From a virus (lineage: Duplodnaviria > Caudoviricetes): a stretch of 64,000 nucleotides of DNA. Below are positions 58,985-64,000 of this stretch, piece after piece. The stretch is from positions 700-64,699 of IMG/VR virus record IMGVR_UViG_2565956641_000003, one strand, 5' to 3'. The notes below the pieces were generated by a model that was not told the DNA's origin, made no database searches, and was given only the letters and a program-made list of their open reading frames with translations. The translations under genes were made by a program, and so were the position numbers. Position 1 is the stretch's first letter. The number at the start of each line of letters is the position of its first letter.

Positions 58985-59142
58985 GGTTACTGAAGGAAAC
59001 CTGTAATAACTAAGTTTGACCTATCTCGCCCTGCTATATGCAGGGTTATTTTTTGACTAAAGAAAAAGAAAGTTTCCAAAAATAAAAATAAAGTTTCTTT
59101 AAATAAACTTTTTATTGACAATAAAGTTTCCTTTGGTAAACT
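58985..59142 (+). promoter_or_regulatory. PL/OL-like early promoter and operators
   Basis: TTGACA 59115-59120; operator GTTTCCTTTGGTAAAC 59126-59141; weaker sites at 59093, 59072 and 58985. Confidence 0.7.
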
Positions 59143-59216
59143 ACAATGTATCAGATAACAAAAAAGCACACCGACCGTCAAATCAAATGTGCATTTACTC
59201 AATGAGTGAGATAAGT

Positions 59217-59405
59217 ATGAAACAACAACATGTAAAAAGTCAAACAGGAAGGTTATATCAGCAACCAACTCCTGAAAACACAGTTCAATATAAGAAATCA
59301 GGCTTAGTTATTCCTGCCCTTATCGTTATCGCAATGTGTCTTGCTGGCGTAGTGAATTGTGCAGGGTTTCAAAGTTCAATCGCTAAAGTCGGGGTAAAAC
59401 AATGA
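59217..59405 (+). CDS. Small TM early protein
   Basis: MKQQHVKSQ start; TM helix; ATGA overlap. Confidence 0.55.
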   Translation: MKQQHVKSQTGRLYQQPTPENTVQYKKSGLVIPALIVIAMCLAGVVNCAGFQSSIAKVGVKQ

Positions 59406-59776
59406 ATATGCCCTTTTCAAAGCCTGAGCTATTCGCTCCTTGCTTCCAAATGCTTTCGATCGACACAGAAACGATTGCAACATATTCAAACAATGTTCAA
59501 TTCGCTTTCGCTATTGGCAACTATTCAATTGATTGTGAAATTAAAGGTGTAGAAGTAATTGATTCAATTGATGTCGAATCTCAATTTGATCCTGAAGGCG
59601 GATGTGAAGTTAATTACACCAAGCTAGAAGTTGATAACAAAACTTTGGTTTTAGTCACTCATTCCGATTTTGAAGAAACACCGTCAGGCTTGCATTTCAT
59701 TCTAACTGATTCGCAAGTAACTGAACTAAATCAGTGGTTACAAGCTGATGCAATTGAAAATTTAGAAGTTGTTTAG
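59402..59776 (+). CDS. Hypothetical acidic early protein
   Basis: Operon-packed ORF. Confidence 0.65.
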   Translation: MNMPFSKPELFAPCFQMLSIDTETIATYSNNVQFAFAIGNYSIDCEIKGVEVIDSIDVESQFDPEGGCEVNYTKLEVDNKTLVLVTHSDFEETPSGLHFILTDSQVTELNQWLQADAIENLEVV

Positions 59777-59787
59777 GAGAAAGAGAG

Positions 59788-60294
59788 ATGAATTCTCAAG
59801 TTCAAAATAGAACCCATTGGAAGCAATTAATCAATCCTAAATATCTAGGTGTTTATTGCCTTCCAAATGGACAGGACTTAACTGTCACAATCCGCTCTGT
59901 AGGTCGTGAAATTGTTATAGGTGATGGCGGTAAAAAAGAAGAATGTACGGTTGCACAGTTGATGAACTCAAAACCAATGATTCTTAACCGAACCAACTGT
60001 AAAACCATTGAACGAATGTATGGTCCATATTTAGAGGATTGGGCAGGTAAATCAATTACGGTTTTTGAGTCATCCGTAAAAGTCGCAGGAGAAATCGTTG
60101 CTTGTTTGCGTATTAGAAAGGAAGTGCCAAACCTCCAAAAAGTGTTACACCCTATTACGCCACAACAGTTCGATAAAGCACTGAAAGCGGTTGAATCGGG
60201 ACATTACACCATTGAGCAAATCGTTGCTGGATATGCTTTAACTCAAGATCAACTTAACCAATTAAATGGAGTGAAGAAGAATGAAACTAATTAG
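59788..60294 (+). CDS. Putative ssDNA-binding/annealing recombination protein
   Basis: KPMILNRTN...DWAGKSIT motif; paired with an exonuclease. Confidence 0.55.
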   Translation: MNSQVQNRTHWKQLINPKYLGVYCLPNGQDLTVTIRSVGREIVIGDGGKKEECTVAQLMNSKPMILNRTNCKTIERMYGPYLEDWAGKSITVFESSVKVAGEIVACLRIRKEVPNLQKVLHPITPQQFDKALKAVESGHYTIEQIVAGYALTQDQLNQLNGVKKNETN

Positions 60295-60904
60295 AGCTTC
60301 ATCAATTGGAAAGATTATGGCGTATCCAGAGAAAGATACATTGGGTGAAGGTGCTTACACCTATCTTGAATGTTTAGCATCACAAGTGGCTTTAGATTGG
60401 GAAGAAGATTTGAGTTTTGGTGAAATTGAAAAAGGACGCATTGTTGAGCAAGATTCTATCGACTTATATAACAGCTACAACTTCACAAGTTATGTGAAAA
60501 ATACTGAACGTAAAAACTCAGATCTGATTACAGGTGAATGCGATATTGATGATCAAGAAAATAGTTTGATTATTGATATTAAAACATCTTGGTCTAAAGC
60601 AACCCACCCTTATCAACTCAAACTAGGTGGAAAGAAAGGATATGAATGGCAGCTTTTAGCTTACATGCATCTTTGGGATAGAAGCCAAGCTGAACTAACT
60701 CATTGTTTAGTTGATACACCATACGAGTTGATTGGCTATGAAGATGAAAATCTGCATGAAGTAAATCATATCGACAAAGCATTACGAGTCACTACGCTTC
60801 GTTTTGAACGTGATGCAACCAAAGAAAAACAAATGTTGGCCAAAGCGAAAACAGCTCAATACGTTTTGGCTGAATTACTGGACAAGAAAGGTATCGCAGC
60901 CTGA
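60281..60904 (+). CDS. Lambda-exo/YqaJ-like exonuclease
   Basis: RASS, G...E, GECD, IIDIK and YEWQLLAYM motifs. Confidence 0.8.
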   Translation: MKLIRASSIGKIMAYPEKDTLGEGAYTYLECLASQVALDWEEDLSFGEIEKGRIVEQDSIDLYNSYNFTSYVKNTERKNSDLITGECDIDDQENSLIIDIKTSWSKATHPYQLKLGGKKGYEWQLLAYMHLWDRSQAELTHCLVDTPYELIGYEDENLHEVNHIDKALRVTTLRFERDATKEKQMLAKAKTAQYVLAELLDKKGIAA

Positions 60905-61143
60905 TCAACTGATTTAAATAAACACTTTGAGCAATATTCTGCACATTTTCATGAATAATTTAGATTTTTGTGCAATTTTTTGCTCAGATAGAGGTAAACA
61001 AATGAGTAATAACAATGAAAGATTAGGTTTTGAGAAATTGACTGAAATCCTTACAGAGAATGAAATCGACTTGCTAGAAGATTTCCGTGAAGAGCTTTCT
61101 GAACCGTACCGGGTTTGTCGGAGAGTCAATATTCTGAGAGACT

Positions 61144-61467
61144 ATGCCGATGAAAAAACCAAACTATACCCCCGAAATTAGAGAAAGAGCGGTTCAATTA
61201 CTAATTGAATCTGAAAAAGATTATCCTTCTACTTGGGCAGCAATCACAGCTATTGCTCCTAAAATCGGTTGTACTCCTGAAACATTGCGTGTTTGGTATT
61301 TAAAGCATCTGGATCAACTAAATCCTGCCAAAGTACAACAGATATCTGACCAAGAAAAAATGAAGCAAATGGAACGTGAAATTAAAGAATTAAAACGTGC
61401 CAATGAAATTCTACGCAAAGCAGCCGCTTTTTTCGCCCAGGCGGAGCTCGACCGCCCACACAAATAA
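61144..61467 (+). CDS. IS3 transposase OrfA
   Basis: Identical to 381-704. Confidence 0.95.
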   Translation: MPMKKPNYTPEIRERAVQLLIESEKDYPSTWAAITAIAPKIGCTPETLRVWYLKHLDQLNPAKVQQISDQEKMKQMEREIKELKRANEILRKAAAFFAQAELDRPHK

Positions 61468-62369
61468 TGGTGGATTTTATCCATAACAATAAAGATCGAT
61501 ATGGTGTTGAAGCGATTTGTAGAATTTTACCGATTGCAGCTTCGACCTATTATCGGGCTTTAGATCTCGTTGATAACCCAGAACATCGAGCGAAACGTGC
61601 TCTGCATGATTTACATCATGCAGAGCAAATCAAACGTATTTGGAAAGAAAGTTCAGGTCGATATGGTGTACGTAAAGTTTGGCAAAAATTGAAACGTGAG
61701 GGTTATGTTATTGCACGTTGTACAGTTGCTCGATTGATGCAAAAGCTAGGTATACAAGGTGTTTGGCGTGGTAAGAATAAACAAACTACTCGTAACCGAG
61801 ATGACCAAAAACGGGCAGATGATTTAGTGAAACGTAATTTTAATGCTGATCATCCAAACCAACTATGGGTGGGTGACTTTACGTATATTCAAACTCATTC
61901 AGGCTGGGTATATACCGCATTTGTTATTGATGTGTTCTCACGAGCAATTGTTGGATGGAAAGTATCTACACGGATGAATACAGATATGGTGCTCGATGCA
62001 TTGGAGCAAGCATTGCACGATCGAGGTATGCCTAAGAATGTGATTCATCATTCAGATAGAGGTGTTCAATATCTTTCTATTCGCTATACCAATCGTTTAG
62101 AAGCTGCAAATTTACGAGCATCAGTCGGTACAACTGGTGATTCATACGATAATGCTCTGGCTGAAACGGTGAATGGCTTATACAAAACAGAGGTGATTGA
62201 ATATTTAAAAGCAGATTGGCAAGGTTTAGCAGATGTACAACTTGCGACACTAAACTGGGTATATTGGTTCAATAAAAAGCGTGTACACAGTGCACTGGGT
62301 TATGTATCGCCTTTTGAGTTTGAAGCAATGTACTATGATAAGATTAACCCGTTAGGTCAGGTGGCCTAA
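61467..62369 (+). CDS. IS3 transposase OrfB (DDE)
   Basis: WVGDFTY, HHSDRGVQY and DNALAE motifs. Confidence 0.95.
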   Translation: MVDFIHNNKDRYGVEAICRILPIAASTYYRALDLVDNPEHRAKRALHDLHHAEQIKRIWKESSGRYGVRKVWQKLKREGYVIARCTVARLMQKLGIQGVWRGKNKQTTRNRDDQKRADDLVKRNFNADHPNQLWVGDFTYIQTHSGWVYTAFVIDVFSRAIVGWKVSTRMNTDMVLDALEQALHDRGMPKNVIHHSDRGVQYLSIRYTNRLEAANLRASVGTTGDSYDNALAETVNGLYKTEVIEYLKADWQGLADVQLATLNWVYWFNKKRVHSALGYVSPFEFEAMYYDKINPLGQVA

Positions 62370-62570
62370 CTTAAATAAAAAAGTCTCCGACAAACCTGGT
62401 ACGGTTCATTCTCCCCGTTTTATTAGTGGTTGTGGTCATCGCCCTGAAATGTCCAACGAGCTGGTAAAAATCCTCTTTCACCTGGTCAATGAAAAACTGG
62501 TCAGTGTATTAAATGATGATTTACCGAGAGAAATTAGAAAAGCGATTGGACAAGTGGCGTAAGTGAATTT

Positions 62571-62771
62571 ATGAGCATTGGAGAAAACTTAATGGACGAT
62601 CCATTATTAAAAACATCAGAAGTCGTAAAACTTACTTTTAGTCGAAATACGATCGACAGCAAATTAAAGAAAGGTTTATTTCCACAACCTGATTATGTAG
62701 ACCCTGAAAGTAAATACCGCTACTGGCGACTTTCCACTATCAATAACTTCTTTAGTAAAAAGGCTTCTTAG
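62571..62771 (+). CDS. xis: AlpA-like excisionase
   Basis: LLKTSEV...SRNTI.....GLFPQP...W; convergent with int. Confidence 0.8.
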   Translation: MSIGENLMDDPLLKTSEVVKLTFSRNTIDSKLKKGLFPQPDYVDPESKYRYWRLSTINNFFSKKAS

Positions 62772-64000
62772 GAAGCCTTTAATTTATCTATATAGTCAGA
62801 CCAAGTCTGCATCATTTCAGCTCGTTCTTCTAAAAATTTGGTTCGGTTATAAGCACGACCATGCATATCACGTACTTGATGGGCTAACTGTTGTTCAATT
62901 CGTTCTACAGGGAACTTTAACTTTTCTTCTAATAATGTTCGAGCGATTGCTCGAAAGCCATGCCCTGTCATCTTGTCACGATCATAACCCATTCTTCGTA
63001 AAGCCATATTAATTGTCATGTCCGACATTGGGCGTGTTTTACTCGAGATACTTGGAAAAAGTAAATCAGACTTATAACAGAATGGTTTTAACTCTTTAAG
63101 TAACTCAATAACTTGATCTGATAAAGGAACGATATGTTCAACACCTGTCTTTTTCATAGTCTTAGGTGGAGTATAGGACCAAGTACGTTCTTCAAAATTT
63201 ATATTCGACCATTTAGCATGTCGTAACTCACCAGTACGCACAAAAACATGAGGCAGAATTTTTAAAGCGAATTTGGTGTGAACATAACCCTCATATTGCT
63301 CGATGTCTTTTAATAGTTGGCCAAAGTCTTTTTCTTCAACCAAAGCTGAATAATGTTTAATTTCTCTAGGCTTAATCGTTCCAATTAAATCATGTGCAAC
63401 ATCACGCTCACAAAAACCCAATGAAACGGCGTACCTGAATACTTGAGAGGCTTTTGATCGAATTCTATGTGCTGTTTCTATTGTGCCTTTTGCTTCTGCT
63501 TTACGAATGACTTTAACTAGATGCTTAGCTCTTATCTCAGAAATCGGCACCTCTCCGAATTCTTCATATAAATAGTTATAGATCCGTTCATTTCTAACGA
63601 CAGTCGCAGGTGTTAACACTTGTTTAGTTTTAAATTCTTCAGCAATTTTTCTAAATGTATTTTCATGGCTGATTTTAGCTTCTTCTAAAATGTCATTTCG
63701 ATAAGTTTGAGGGTCAATATTTTTTGAAATTAATGCTCTGTACTCTTCTCGTACTCCTCGAGCTTCTGCCAAAGTAATTTCAGGATAATTACCAATGGCT
63801 AAAGTATTTCTCTTTTTAGAGATTGGACGAGTATAGTCAAATCGCCAAAGTACAGCACCAGAAGTACGGAAAATTAGATTTAATCCATCACCATCAGACA
63901 AACGTAAATCTTTGGCTAATCCACTGTTTATATTAGCTTTAAATTGTTTTTGCGTTGCTTTAATCTTCGAATCCGTTAACGGCACTACTTTTTTTGGCAT
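62768..64000 (-). CDS. int: Tyrosine integrase, P4-like with arm-binding domain
   Basis: DGDGL, IGNYPEITLAEAR, R.GE, HGFR, QLAH and AYNR motifs. Confidence 0.95.
   Translation of the reverse strand: MPKKVVPLTDSKIKATQKQFKANINSGLAKDLRLSDGDGLNLIFRTSGAVLWRFDYTRPISKKRNTLAIGNYPEITLAEARGVREEYRALISKNIDPQTYRNDILEEAKISHENTFRKIAEEFKTKQVLTPATVVRNERIYNYLYEEFGEVPISEIRAKHLVKVIRKAEAKGTIETAHRIRSKASQVFRYAVSLGFCERDVAHDLIGTIKPREIKHYSALVEEKDFGQLLKDIEQYEGYVHTKFALKILPHVFVRTGELRHAKWSNINFEERTWSYTPPKTMKKTGVEHIVPLSDQVIELLKELKPFCYKSDLLFPSISSKTRPMSDMTINMALRRMGYDRDKMTGHGFRAIARTLLEEKLKFPVERIEQQLAHQVRDMHGRAYNRTKFLEERAEMMQTWSDYIDKLKAS

Larger units (their letters stand above)
61100..62408 (+). mobile_element. IS3-family (IS51-group-like) insertion sequence, 1309 bp, TTC target duplication
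   Basis: IRs TGAACCGTACC(G/A)GGTTTGTCGGAGA; TTC at 61097-61099 and 62409-62411. Confidence 0.96.
61002..62562 (+). pseudogene. 82-aa phage gene interrupted by the IS
   Basis: Removing the IS and one TTC restores MSNNNERLG...EELSPRFISGCGHRPEM...AIGQVA*. Confidence 0.85.

Noticed and set aside
60927-61181. 84-aa ORF
   Set aside because: Chimera of the interrupted gene's 5' part and IS sequence.
3461-62272. Many 60-115 aa ORFs antisense to or nested in larger genes (e.g. 4617-4877, 17756-18040, 32541-32888, 52741-53019)
   Set aside because: Shadow frames with no RBS or recognisable motif.

Overview
The window is almost entirely one temperate lambda-like siphovirus prophage. The host is probably Acinetobacter, inferred from the gene families and IS types. 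The integrase start codon is the last base of the window, and no att site can be identified. From right to left it holds: int/xis; a recombination module; a cI/cro switch with 16-bp operators; cII, O-like and DnaC-like replication genes; a RuvC-like resolvase and Q; hicAB; terminase, portal, MuF, scaffold and capsid; neck and tail genes; and holin/endolysin. Three IS3-family copies of two types are present; the two complete ones have 3-bp target duplications. A ~16-kb accessory island (about 12.3-28.2 kb) splits the tape measure gene from the distal tail genes. The most striking content is two secreted proteins, 13321-14370 and 24074-25192. They share two conserved blocks but differ in signal type, middle domain and C-terminal toxin-like domain, and each is followed immediately by an immunity-like gene. 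This is a candidate prophage-borne polymorphic toxin/bacteriocin family; the shared part recalls filamentous-phage TspB-like proteins. The island also carries a Septu-like ATPase/HNH pair, a soluble double-TonB_C protein, an Xre/ImmA/small-protein module, an HhH-glycosylase-like gene and a P22 immI-like mnt/arc/ant switch. Elsewhere are a MuF protein with a JAB/MPN-like tail, an unannotated 35-aa lipoprotein after the endolysin, o-spanin remnants and a compact RNA pseudoknot. Several frameshift or nonsense lesions are also present. Family names come from motif recognition by eye, not database searches.
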